Assembly (NCBI GenBank): GCA_030141605.1
Contig: JAQGDQ010000052.1
Span: 124,001-188,000 of the forward strand
Direction: 5' to 3'
Length of the DNA: 64,000 nt
Source: Tubiluchus corallicola
Taxonomy: Eukaryota > Animalia > Priapulida
In this document: positions 26,401 to 38,374 of the stretch, piece by piece
Numbering within the stretch: position 1 is the first letter of the stretch
Layout: each line of letters starts with the position of its first letter
Position numbers and translations under genes: made by a program
Notes under the pieces: generated by a model
Told to the model about the DNA's origin: nothing
Seen by the model: the letters and a program-made list of their open reading frames with translations, nothing else
Database searches by the model: none

Positions 26401-27388
26401 CGACATTGAAGACACCATGGGCAACAAAAAATGCTGGTATTGGCATTGCATTTGCAGTTCGAAATGTGGCATTCATGTCTGTGTACAAAACGCTTGGCAG
26501 CTTTCCCGTCTACATGGTTCTGAAGCAGCATCAAAGTAGAGTTTACTGCACTTCACACATTACGTTGTTATTTCTTATATGTCTACATTTGGTAAGAGTG
26601 GCCTAACGCATAGACCATGACTTACCACTTAAGCTTTGTATGATGGAAAAAATCACTGGGAAACAAAATTGGCATTACAAAGGCGATGCCCAGTTTGCAC
26701 AGGCAATGTATGTTGGTTTGCTCATTTAATGCTTTCAGTGCTTTCACAAACTACTTGAAATTTTGAAAATAACCATGGTTTTCATTATCACAAAATGTTT
26801 TGATTTTTTCTATTTGACAAATGTAAAATTTAACTAAGGATTTCATGCCCAGTGTTGTATATGAAAGACAGCTAATATTTTTACTACAAAAATATTCTTT
26901 CTAGAAAAGATTTATAGTAACTTTATTATGAGCAAATCAATAGAAAAGCAGTTTAACACTTTATTCCTTATAAGCATTCATTATGAAAAGGAAATATTAC
27001 CAGTGGTGTTGTGCCAAAATCAGGTAAATTCTAAAAAATTTTTTTTGAAAAAAATAGTCAAATATAAAAAGATGTTGTGGTAATTTAAGTTTGGGCATCA
27101 ACGGGTTAGAAAGAAGTGTAAAGATGCATGAAATCACATTAACAGTATTACATTAACAAATAAATACAATAAATTTTTGTATAATAATAACTGGTCCAAA
27201 CAATAAAACAATAGAACAACATAATTACTTATAAATATTCATGTTAGTAAATGCCTACTGGAATTGTCTTTGATAAGTGGTGTTAAATCATGCACGTGTC
27301 CATGGTATGACACCCATATGTCTTCAGCAATGTTATGTTGTCGCACTTCATTAGGTGTGAAATATCGTTCTCTAAGTTTTTTTTCCAT
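20433..27388 (-). CDS. CYB5D1: Cytochrome b5 domain-containing protein 1 (motile cilia associated), 5 exons, 218 aa
   Basis: Exons (minus) 27388-27259, 23624-23548, 23223-23130, 22802-22678, 20663-20433 total 657 nt. Translation: [25 protein letters not shown]...[10 protein letters not shown]...RFLHVPP...PWW...[12 protein letters not shown]...TLEENGI...[10 protein letters not shown]. The C-terminus is characteristic of CYB5D1. Confidence 0.93.
23687..23977. mobile_element. hAT-type MITE, 291 bp, in CYB5D1 intron 1
   Basis: TIRs cagggccggaactag / ctagttccgcccctg; 8-bp TSD tagatgtg / tacatgtg (7/8); GC-rich subterminal G and C runs. Confidence 0.8.
24131..24910 (-). mobile_element. 5'-truncated LINE (L2/CR1-group) 3' end
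   Basis: Broken ORF2 C-terminus ([13 protein letters not shown]...; [23 protein letters not shown]), followed by AATAAA and a (CTA)n microsatellite tail at ~24131-24152. Confidence 0.8.
25545..25596. repeat. (TG)n microsatellite, imperfect
   Basis: Directly visible. Confidence 0.8.
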
Positions 27389-27593
27389 AAAGATTGTTTA
27401 CTGTTGCTGCCAAGAATACAAATTAAATACATGGTTAAAACCAAGTGATTTTTGGCTCCTGTGGATTTTTTGTTGAAAGTTAAGGATTATGACAACCTCA
27501 GTCGGGGAAAAAATTGAGTACCACTTTTTCCAAGTCCATTTTGGGGTGATCTTCTGAATTGGGTACACATCAGGGAAATGCCCCACTATTATT

Positions 27594-27634
27594 TATATGT
27601 ATATATACCTATTGATGTATTCATACATACACAA

Positions 27635-27669
<35 letters not shown>
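27594..27669. repeat. (TA)n microsatellite, imperfect
   Basis: Directly visible, upstream of the CYB5D1 ATG. Confidence 0.8.
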
Positions 27670-29629
27670 GAAGAATCGCAGTTTGAAACAAGTTGCGAAA
27701 TATAAACAAATAAACACGAAGTTATCATTATCACTGCTACCAGATCCCAACCCATGTCAGTAAGCAATAACGTCTGCTCATTTAGCCACTTTGCATTGTG
27801 TGATCATTTCTGTGATCATTGCGTGATCATCAAGTGTCGGAAACTGATTTCTGAAGTAAGCAAATTACTATTTGCTCTGCATAAATAACTGCACGAAGTA
27901 CTTAAAAAAAAGAGTACATAATTACTTCTGTAATTCTATAATGCAAGTATGTATACAGGAAACCTGTTTTGTCGCATCATTAACCATGTAATTCTTTAAT
28001 GAGTAGGCCTGGTATAAAGTTCAAGGCAGGAAATGACTCGTTGAGAAAAACCTGACGGCTGTGATAGTTGACAGAGCAGGTTTTTCCCACGTTAAGAGGC
28101 AAAGCTACCTCTTAGCTTAATATGTACTAACTGTGTAGTTAAAGGGAAGTTAGTTTTTCCCCACGTATAGGAGCCAGTTTTCCCCATGTAATAAAGACAC
28201 TAAGTGTGTCGGGAGTAATGAATTCTATGATGATATATTGAATTGTTCATTTCGTGATGTTGACTAACACTATTTTGTTTTATTTACAGGACATGTTGTG
28301 AAGTTATTATGTTGTTATGGTATGTCGTTATAAATGAAGTGATAATGTAAATAAGTACATCACGATGTTTTAACTCATTTGTTTATTGCTTTCGTTTACA
28401 AATATAAACAGGTGACATGGCAATAGACAGCAAACACTAATAAACCTTTCGACAACAAGCTTTAGATAAAACATTTAATTTGATACATCGACCACCCACA
28501 TTTTCTGAGCTAAAGACGAAATAAGTGAGATCTGGGAGCCAAAGTTCCCCGTTCTCGACCTGATGCCAGATTTTATTCTTGTTCTTGACACCAAGGATCA
28601 AATGACTGAACCTGATTAGCTAGCAATGACAGAGGAAGGATTGAAAATCATTGTGGTACAACGGACTGCTAAAACCAAAAAGCTACACACAAAAAAAGAA
28701 CGAAAGAATTTAAAGTCATTAAAGCAGATCTGACCAAATATCAGTGATATTGATGGTAATTCGTGCAACTCTGAATTGCAGTCAGTAAATGAATTTCATC
28801 AGATGACAGATCTTTGTTTGATACTCATTCAGATAGCGACAGTCGGGTTGTCTATCCTCATCTGTCACACAAGGCTTAAAGGCATAGCTGAGAAATAATT
28901 TATAACATTCATTCAGGTCTGGCATTACCACATAACATATGGTGCAGCATCTTTGCTTTCACTGGGATACTCCAAATACAGATGAAATTTACGAACAGTA
29001 AGCTAACAATGAGATATTCACAAATATATATTAATAAGATGTTTCAAAAAGCTATCAGAAGTAAAATTAGCAGCATTTTTAATTTATATAAATGAACTTC
29101 AATTTTGGGACTTTGACATGCACGCTAAATTGCTTGTAAGTGTGTTTAGGCCAGCAAAAAATATACTACCGGATTTGTGCTCAGCATTGTTAAAACACTT
29201 ACTTATAATTTTCAGGGGTACATTTTACAGAGTTAATTTTCAGGTGAGAAAAATATGGCTATGGCCTCTATGGGTCCTTATAGAAACCCTAAAATCACCA
29301 GTTTGGGCAAAATATTTCTTTCATTCAGTTGAAACTAAAAAAGGATTCGCATTCAGCATGATAAAAAAGCCCTTCCTTTGAGTGCAGTTTTTAGGATTTA
29401 CATAATGGTATTGTGCTTAATGTTACAATGTCCCCCATGTTTAGATCTCTAGAAACCCCTATGAAATGGCATGCAGATCCGTTTGTACAGAAAACCAACT
29501 GCAGATTTGCAGTCAGCATTGTAAAATACCTCTTTACAGTAATTTTTAGATTTGTAAACTTAATGATAGGGCTACCCTACTTCTGGGCCGAGTACTAAAA
29601 TGTATTGCTAGGGCAATTGGGTCCACATG

Positions 29630-30090
29630 CAAAAAATAAATACCTTATCCAATAAATAAGCAGCTACATGGTAACTACCTGTAAACGCCCTTTGAAACTA
29701 TCAATTAATGAAACAATGATATTTGATGATGAAAGACGATTCCATGGCTGAACTACGCGATATCCAAAGAAGTGTGATTTGATGTTGGTTCTAGTTGGTT
29801 TCACAAATAACTTAGATTCATGATCATGAAGAATTCTGTGAGGCCCAGAAAAAAGTCTGTCTCTGTCAGAACAGTGTTTTCATTAATTGTTTTGAAGTAG
29901 TTCACAAGGTCAACAGTCTCAAGCCTTTTCTCGAGAGTAGACATCGAAGTGGGATCCAAGTCAAAAGCAAGAAGAGTACACCTATCCTGAGTTCCTTCAA
30001 GAGCATTCTTGAGAGTACCATACTTCGCTGAGCATACAATCGACGCATATTCCAGAATGGGTTGAACAACACCTTTATGGTACTATACTA
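29630..30090 (-). mobile_element. CR1-like LINE ORF2 C-terminal remnant
   Basis: Minus-strand translation gives KGVVQPILEYASIV...LEGTQDR...LEKRL..DLVNYFK and, after a frameshift, RTNIKSHFFGYRVVQPWNRL...SFKGRL, typical CR1 ORF2 motifs. Confidence 0.75.
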
Positions 30091-30969
30091 TAGTATAGAG
30101 AGGAATAATTACAGCCGCATGTCAGATTTCTATAAAATGCCCTTTCCTGTGATTTCCAGGTATATATAACTAAAGGCTTATATATCTGTTAATAGAGAAA
30201 TTAATTTTCCTGATCCGAACCCAATTCAAAATGGTGCTTCGAAACGCGCACAATGGGCCCAGGAAAAATGTTTTGGATATTGGGCCCATAATTAATATTT
30301 AACTTTCAACAAAAATTAACACAAAAATCCCTCGGGGTAACGTAAAACATGATATAGATGTAAGCAACTGCTGGAGATGCTTAAAAAGCTCAAATAATTT
30401 CAACGATACGATTGAATAAGAATAATTAATATTATTAAAAGCCAAATAATAAGCTTTGCTAACTCAGTAACTCTGTTACTAAAAGCAACAGCTTGCCTGT
30501 TGCCACGACAAACAGTCGTGCCCTCTTCTGGACATCCTGTTAATTAAGTTAACGTAAATATTATCTATGGTTAACAGCATGCCATGGGTTCAATGGGTTA
30601 GTAGAGTCAAGTAACATAATCATTGAGTAGCGGAGGTAAAGTTAGTCACTCTGGTGTCGTATAACGTCATTTTTGTCTATGTAATGTGTATCTCACCAGA
30701 ACTGTAAAAAGACTAGACCTAGACTGCATGTAACTATGTACTTCTTTTAAGAAATAAAAGATGATTTTACATGAATACACTCTGCATATCAGTTTGCATG
30801 TGCACTTGCTAAAACCATAATAATTTCCAATGGCAATTAACAACAGGGTGCATTAACTCGTTACTGGAATCATTAATGAGGACAAATAATGTAAATAGTT
30901 TTAAATATAAACTTGATACAGAATTCATTGCGAGAAACCTCCTATTTTAATATCAGATCAGTATATTAG

Positions 30970-31062
30970 GAGAGTAACTCAGTGTTCCCTTCCCAGCCAA
31001 GAGGTCACAGGTTCACTTCCCAAGCGAATCATGCCAAATACTTAAAAAAAGGGTAACAATGT
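30970..31062 (+). mobile_element. tRNA-derived SINE fragment (same family as 19440-19520)
   Basis: gaggtcacaGGTTCACTTCCc...aatcatgccaaatacttaaaaaaagggtaac parallels the 19440-19520 copy. Confidence 0.45.
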
Positions 31063-31574
31063 TTTATCGATCAAACACGCTAGTTTATCGAAATAATGTG
31101 TGATAATAAAATGGCCATTCTGGAAATAAATATCAAGTTAATTACCTCAAGTATTATTTCTCGGCTACGTCCGTAAAAATTATTGCATACATGTATTTAT
31201 TTGTCTTCATAAACTAATGAACTGAATAGGTTCAAAACCTTTTAAACATCATATGTTACTCACTTATGCAGTAGCTCACCAACACTAAACTGTAACAAGC
31301 TTATAAATAGCCATAATATCTTTGTTCATGTCAAATAAAATGTTTTAAACATTCTTAGTTCAAAGTAGGTTTCAGTGACCAAAAGTGTAGAATTTTTAGT
31401 AAAAGAAAATATCCATACATATTTGCATATACATATTAATGCACCTTGCTATACACGCCAAACTTGCTTTTTTTCAGTCCCAAAGTGGCATAAAAAGAGG
31501 CTTAATTGACTGTACTAAGAAAAGCAATGAGTCAATTGCAGTCACACATGAAACTGCAAGTTTACTCCCCCCCC

Positions 31575-31645
<71 letters not shown>
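31575..31645. repeat. Compound (CT)n(AT)n microsatellite
   Basis: Directly visible. Confidence 0.95.
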
Positions 31646-31650
<5 letters not shown>

Positions 31651-32295
31651 TTATATTTACATGAATACAGATAGTAGACAAAATGCTTTTTTCGACATGA
31701 CATGTTAACAACCTGCATCAATGATCAAAGTCCCACAAATGATGGGTTAAATTTAACTATGTTAATTTGCAAATGGCTAGCAAAGGTAAATTACTAAATA
31801 AAAACTTATAAATACATTGTAATATAGGCAATGGGGCCCGATAAAAAATCTGCAATATGTATTAACTGAATATGCTGTGTTCAAAGCCGTTTACTAGTTA
31901 AATGAATGATGAAAGCTCGTTCCATTTTGTGAGTTCACATTACTGGTGTGTAAGCACTATACCATGTTCAATGTTGCAGTGTTATATTGTATATCCAGAA
32001 TTTGGCATCCTAAGCAATTGCTTAGCAACTGCCAGTATTAGAGCCAGTGTAGGTAAGTCGGCAAATTTTCAGCAGTAATACTCACCTTTGTTTTTAGATT
32101 TGCTGCCATTTGGAAAATCATAAAATGCATTAAATATCAGAATTTATACAGTATTTATTTTGCCTTTTAAATTTCATGATATGCATAACCCTGCTAGAGC
32201 AATTAAATATTTTAAAATGTCTACAGCCCATATACATGTCATTAAGATAAATCTAGCAAAAATTTCTTGAAACAAATGAATCAGTTTCCACAATT

Positions 32296-33261
32296 TCATA
32301 AAAAGAATCGCCGTCGACTCGTTTCCATCTCGTGTCGTTTCAATATCCATTCGTATTCACCATATTTGCTATCAAATGTTCCTTTTTGTAATGATCGTAA
32401 TCTAAGTGTAAAACGAGGCCCAAGCTCATGCAAAGCTGCTTTCTCTCCATTCTTTTTGAATTCGTACCTGTGGTGGCGAAAAAATATGTAATCTCTTTGG
32501 TTGTGGAAAGTGATAACGCGTCGGCCATGAAATTCTGGATCATGTGGAAAGAGTGCAGCAAGAAGACGACCAACAGAGTGACCCAATCGAGTGTTAAAAT
32601 TATTTAGCATGATTTCAGGTTTATGTGATGAAAGCATTCCCAGTCGTTTCATATCTCTACGCAGTTTAGTGTTTGATATTTGAAAATGTGCAGTAGGACC
32701 ATCTGGTAAGTGACATATTAATAGAGCATTTGGTTCTTTCCTGTCTTCATGAACTACCAGAAGATCTGTGAAATCCTGAGCAGTTGCTTGTGGTATAATT
32801 TTCTTCAGATCCAAGCCACGCCGATATCTGTATTCACTGTTTGGTAACACTAATGTAAGCTCCTGAACGAATTGCCTAGTTTTCTTTCTTGGTCTATCAG
32901 AAGTGGTAATCAGAATCTTCGGAAGAAATTTACGAGAGAAATATGATGCCAGTTCATCGGTGGCATCATCATGCAAAACTTCTTCATCACCAGGTACAAT
33001 CATGGTTTCATCTGCTTCTCTGGTGTTTTCCAGTGTCCTAGGGATTTGTTTTGGAAGAGCCTTTATACCGAGAAGTTCAATTTCTTTTGCTCTTCTTTTC
33101 TTTTCTTCCAGTTTTCTCTTGCGTTTTTCGCGTTGCTGTTTAATAAATGCTTCAGCTCTTCTCTGTTTGTTTCTTATTCTTGATATATTAACTGCTGGCA
33201 TTGTTGGTGAAGCAGAACCACCATTAGGTTCACAACCCAGTAAATTATAAACAGACGACAT
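32296..33261 (-). CDS. RPF1: Ribosome production factor 1 (Brix domain), single coding exon, 321 aa
   Basis: Uninterrupted ORF containing [77 protein letters not shown] and C-terminal SRRRFFL, typical of RPF1/BXDC5. Confidence 0.95.
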   Translation of the reverse strand: MSSVYNLLGCEPNGGSASPTMPAVNISRIRNKQRRAEAFIKQQREKRKRKLEEKKRRAKEIELLGIKALPKQIPRTLENTREADETMIVPGDEEVLHDDATDELASYFSRKFLPKILITTSDRPRKKTRQFVQELTLVLPNSEYRYRRGLDLKKIIPQATAQDFTDLLVVHEDRKEPNALLICHLPDGPTAHFQISNTKLRRDMKRLGMLSSHKPEIMLNNFNTRLGHSVGRLLAALFPHDPEFHGRRVITFHNQRDYIFFRHHRYEFKKNGEKAALHELGPRFTLRLRSLQKGTFDSKYGEYEWILKRHEMETSRRRFFL

Positions 33262-35916
33262 GGTTAGTACGACGACAAAAATTTCCCAACACGTGTTTCA
33301 CGAAATTCGATGTGAAATACTCCTTATATCTATCACACACATTCGGTAGGTAGATTTCTGTTATGTAATAAATCTGCTCTCTAAATATATTAATAAATTA
33401 GTAAGTTCAGCACGCATAGGCTGAATACTCTTAAAATCATTTGTCACATCCCAAACTCGTGTAAGTGCTGAATGAAACTGTAACTCGCCATGACGAGATC
33501 CTCAGGGATAGCAAGAAAACAGCGAGTGATTAGTGATTACTGTGATTACTTGTGCGCCGCGCCAGTCCATTTGAAAGACACTTGATTTCAATATTATGTA
33601 GCAGACTAGCGGTGATTCCCAGTGGTTACACCGCGGATACACCAGATCCGCTTCACCAAAATTGTCAAGCAAACAGACATCTGCAAACAAAAAGTGTCTG
33701 TTTGCAAGATAAATTATACGAATTTATGTTACTTGTAAATCACACTATAATAATTATATAGATCATTCACTTTGTCGTGACTTCTTTACAGTTTCCTCAT
33801 CTTTGATTATAATTTTAACTACAGTACTTATCACTAATACATCAATATATCAATACTGCATAACAAATTAAATGGTCAAAGTTACAATAACCATTGATAT
33901 GAACCCGAACAGTATCAAAGCTAAATTAACGTCAAACAAAAATGTCAATCATTTTCAATCAAGCTCTGCTGACTGCCCAATCAGTGTGCATATTTTTCAC
34001 ATGCCAACAGAACCGGTTCGTTGTCTCGGCTTTTAGAACAACCGGGGACAAGAGCTGCAAATATGTATTGCCGGTATACGTTATATTGTTTTAAAAATGC
34101 TCAACTTTTCATTAGTTTGAGGGAGAGAAACCAGCCTGGTTTTAGATTTTATTACAGTTTGTCGATTGTCTGTATTTGCAGGTGAATTAGTGGAGATACA
34201 TAGTCTGACTTGTTTTTTTATAGGAAGAAATGCACAACGCCTACATCTATGAGTTATTAAAAAATGTGCAGCTTAGTTTAATGTATGACTTTGCGAAGTT
34301 AATTAGGAAGCTCATACGACACGGTTTAATGATCATAAATATAAAATGGCTTACTGGAACAGAGGTGACAGTGAAATTTATAACAGTATATTGAAGCCTG
34401 AGTTACAGGGATAAATGATTCAAGGTTAACATGCATGTAAAAATTACACCTTAGCACTTCTAGGAAGTTTGCATGGGTTATAGGAACGGCTAGTTCGCAA
34501 TAGTAAGTAAGTTAGTAAATAATTATTTGTCTCTAAATGTTAGAAAATGAACGCAAACAAAAGCAAAAAACTAAAATAAAGATGGAAAAGAGACAGGTGG
34601 CGAAAAGATAGAGGGTCACCGAGTCAATCACCCATATCCAAATTGAAGAAAATTAAGTTACCTGTCAAGTAGGGTATGCACAAATGAAGATACTTAGCAA
34701 CTTAACAAAAAAAAAATGAGGCAAAAAGTTCGAATGAAACTGATTATATTAGTTATCAATTAGAAGATACATATTTTCTTTTTAAAAACTTTAGCTATTC
34801 AGAAATTATTGTTCTCATCTTGCTAACACTGGCAAGAACATGAACTGTGGAATTTAAACTAAATAATTAATTAATGTTCCGTCTTCACTCTTCAACACTA
34901 AATGTCTGCTAAATTTTGTACCAGCCAGTATTAGACAATAGATAATCAATAGGACAATTAGACAATAGGACAATAATAATAGGACCACTTTTTAATATTT
35001 GTTTTAAGATTTAAGACAGTAAGTATTAAAACATTATTATAATGTAATCATGAGTAACATAAACTATGGGTATTTTAAGATTACCAATTATAATTACCAT
35101 GAGTAGCAATAAGTCGATGAAGCTAAATTACTGAATGAGGTGAGTAATACATATTGCTATACTAAACTGCATGAATGACTTTCAAGGCCGAAGAGCAAGT
35201 GGGTGCAAACCACCACGTGAGACTTTGGAAAGGCCTGTATCTTTAAACAGCTTGAACTGGACAATAACCGTATCAAAGTAGATGTACTGTAGGCCAAACC
35301 TACAATTTTGTGATCAAATAAACAAACATACCTGATATTTCCAATTCCACTGCAATTCCTGTCACTTTAATGCTGATTGGTGGTATCCAGCAATTAATTG
35401 AGTTCCACCAAGTTGCAAACAATGCTCTGGATACTGCAAACGATTGGAACTGGGTGGATATAGCATGCCACGAGTAGAACATTAGCAACTCGCCGGAACT
35501 GAGTTGCATATTGCATTGCAAGCCTGCTTATGTTGACTGGATACACTTGGAACTTGCGGCACACCATTTGCTGCTAGCTGCCGAGACTCCAGTTGCGTTG
35601 CTTCGCAAGGTCGACCTAAGCTTAGCTTGAGAAAATCGCGACTTCCAGATATATAACATAAGCATTACCATTATTATGTAATCGAGTTCAGTGGTCGTCC
35701 CCTCGAGCCGCTCTCTAATCTCTGTTAGTGCAAAGGTGTGGGCACCTAACAACACATTGTGTGACACTCGGTGCGTACGCTTGTATTAGAGTTCATTATC
35801 GTTATCCCATTCGGCCATTCGTGCCTCATGGTAGCCGCCGTAATCCCGATTTTACCGTGTCAAAGTGAAATTTCTTGAGGTAAGAACGATTTGATTGAGA
35901 TAAAAGTGTAATATTG

Positions 35917-36066
35917 ATAGTATAATTGAAGTGTGATTCACAAAGTATGCTAGGTGTAATGCTTATAGTGAAGTAGTATAATAGAAGTGTGATTCACAAA
36001 GTATGATAGGTGTATTTTTGATACACTAGTAAGTAGTATAGTTCTTAGTAGTATAATAGACGTGTG
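35917..36066. repeat. Short tandem repeat, ~56-bp unit, two copies plus a partial
   Basis: gtataat(t/a)gaagtgtgattcacaaagtatg(c/a)taggtgta is repeated; a third partial copy reads gtataatagacgtgtga. Confidence 0.7.
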
Positions 36067-36229
36067 AGGAGGGCGACTTCCTGACGTGTTTGTTAAGACG
36101 AAACAAAGTTAATAACAGAACAATGTTAAAAATGAAATGAAAAAGCGGCAGATCAACGACGTTGGAGAATTGAAATGTTGATACACAGTGATAGCGTCAA
36201 TCGTTCTTTGTCTTTCTCATTTGTATGCC

Positions 36230-36330
36230 ATGGCGTCAGGTGTGAATTTTAATATTGGCGACAAGTTCGATTCGTTTCAGTCATTAAATGAGAAGCTCGA
36301 GCAGTATCAAAAGGAGAATTTTCACTTGAG
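36230..36330 (+). mobile_element. Possible Mutator/ZSWIM3-N-like transposase N-terminal fragment
   Basis: Reads MASGVNFNIGDKFDSFQSLNEKLEQYQKENF, resembling the N-terminal 'G..F.SF..L' pattern of MULE-derived proteins, then stops being recognisable. Confidence 0.3.
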
Positions 36331-36479
36331 GGGGATTTTGATAAAATAAGAGAGAATCCGTTCAACCCCCCTTGTAATGCCAACCCTGTCTGGCGACGCC
36401 CGTCTTTTCTACTTTCAAAATTGTTTGTATGTATGCGCATGATGAAGTTTACTAATTGGGAAAACCACCATATCTTGAT

Positions 36480-36900
36480 AGTATAAAGATAACTAACCTG
36501 TTTTTATCCAGAGTCAACGATACAGCATTAGCATTCATCAAAGATACATCTTCGTCAGCTTCTGATGATGAATCTTCTGTATATTCCTCCATATCACTGT
36601 CTGATTCATGATCAACAGTTTGTTTGAGTTTCATGCAACAACTTGGACAGAGTTTTTTACCAATTACAACAGATTTTGGTGGATTTGTTAAATTGTTTGA
36701 AAAGACCCTCTAATGTCTCTCAAAGATTTGCGGATAATGCTATTGTGAATAGAAAATGGATCACAGCATTCCCTTTGCAGCTGAGAATATTTTATCAAAA
36801 AAAGTTTTTCATGATGCTCACACAGAGTTGTGATCATTGGTAAAGGGATATCAGTTCTTGAACTTAACAATTCTTTTTCAAATGTCTTTACATTGCTCAA
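36480..36900 (-). pseudogene. Disrupted ARL14EP N-terminal-like Cys/His domain (probable transposon-derived remnant)
   Basis: LCEHHEKLFLIKYSQLQRECCDPFSIHNSIIRKSLRDI, then (frameshifted) GKKLCPSCC and an acidic tract. The pattern matches the CxHH...CCDPFxxH...KLCPxC of the ARL14EP N-terminus. No C-terminal ARL14EP domain is seen. Confidence 0.55.
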
Positions 36901-38374
36901 AGATGTCTTTCAGGTGTTCGTTAGACATTTAAAGATGACTAACTCCTAAACACCAAATATTGAATAGATACATATATGGTACACGTATACTTTATGATAT
37001 ATACATGTCACCATGAGTTACTCTTGTGTTGGTAAATTCAAATGCCTGTAAAAATTGTTCAAAGCAAAAAACACCTTAGTTTTTTACAGAACACATGGTT
37101 CGGATACCAAGGAATTCAAGGTCAAAGCAAAGGTCTAAGTTCATGTAAGTTCACATACCATCTACCTGAAGTTTTACTGCAGATTCTGAAGATTACCGAA
37201 TTCCCTTTAAAATGGTACCACTTTCATCAAAATTGGACGTAAACTTTTTGATTTATGATCCTTTGAAAATTGCCTGGCCACGCCGATTTTCATGATTTTT
37301 TTGGCCCTTTCATCCATTTTCAGAGGGCCATAGCTTTTGAACAGTTGGTCCAATTTCGCTAAAAATTTGGATTTTTGCATTTCTCCATGAACTACGCCAA
37401 TTTGCATTAAAATCTGTGACATAAGGGCATTTATCAAAAAGAGAAATATTGTGTAATTTGAGGTGAAATAACCCACGTGTACTGTTCATACTGGAAGCGT
37501 TAGAAGTTCTGATCTTGCCCTGAGCTGTTGTTAGGAGTCCTACTGCAAGGTGTTTAGCATAAGTAAAAACAAGGTAGTGGAAGATGTGGCACACAGAAGC
37601 ATTTAGCACTAATAATTGTAACGTAATCATATATTTTAATTGTAAACTGTGCTATACAAAATTGTTGTGAAAATAGTTATCGTAAAAAAACAAAGGTGAG
37701 GAAAGGAAATTATATTAAAGCTGTATACATTTTTTAATTGCTTTGCAAGTTGTTACATTATACAAGGAGCCTCATTTGTTTTTCTAAAACAATTTCCAAG
37801 CTTATAAAAAGATTAAATATGCTACTTAAGTACGCCATATTACTGCACATTATATAGTTACTAAGTAACAGTACGGAGAGTACTGCAGAATTTTTCTCTA
37901 AACATGCATGAATTGTTGCTTTAATTCAGTATTGACGACATTGCTAGAAGGTTAGTGTTTGTTTTATCAGTTGCTTTGTTTATTTAAATTGAATGTTGAG
38001 GCAAATTTCTTTTAGTTTTGATTGCGTAATGTCTGAAGGCATACAAGTGTAATGAGCAATAGAGGACCAACTGTTAACCATATATTCACATTAAAAATTA
38101 TCACAAAAAATGATAAATATAAAGGTTTTTTGGAATAATTAATGTTGTATGACTAGGCAGATCTAATGAGGAACATGGATTTGTGGAGGCCTGCACACTT
38201 ATTGAATGACTCAGACAAATCTCCATTAACAACTATTTTGGCACAAATACAACACAGAACATAACAGATCTCAATAATTGGTCAGTCATAAAAGTTACAT
38301 TTTTAAGCACATAATTAAGTTAAACTAGTAAGTCAACTTTTCTCTTTTTAGGTGAGCTGATGGTTTAAGGAAAA

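Noticed and set aside
32340-33250. Overlapping and antisense ORFs over RPF1 (likewise over PHB2 exons and the nested genes, e.g. 58220-58585)
   Set aside because: Shadow ORFs of real coding sequence, with no independent features.
35300-35830. GC/CpG-richer stretch with short ORFs, possibly a LINE endonuclease remnant
   Set aside because: No diagnostic motif recognised with confidence.
35917-36066. Repeat-spacer-like pattern reminiscent of a CRISPR array
   Set aside because: Only two full units, related spacers, eukaryotic context and no cas genes. It is an ordinary tandem repeat.
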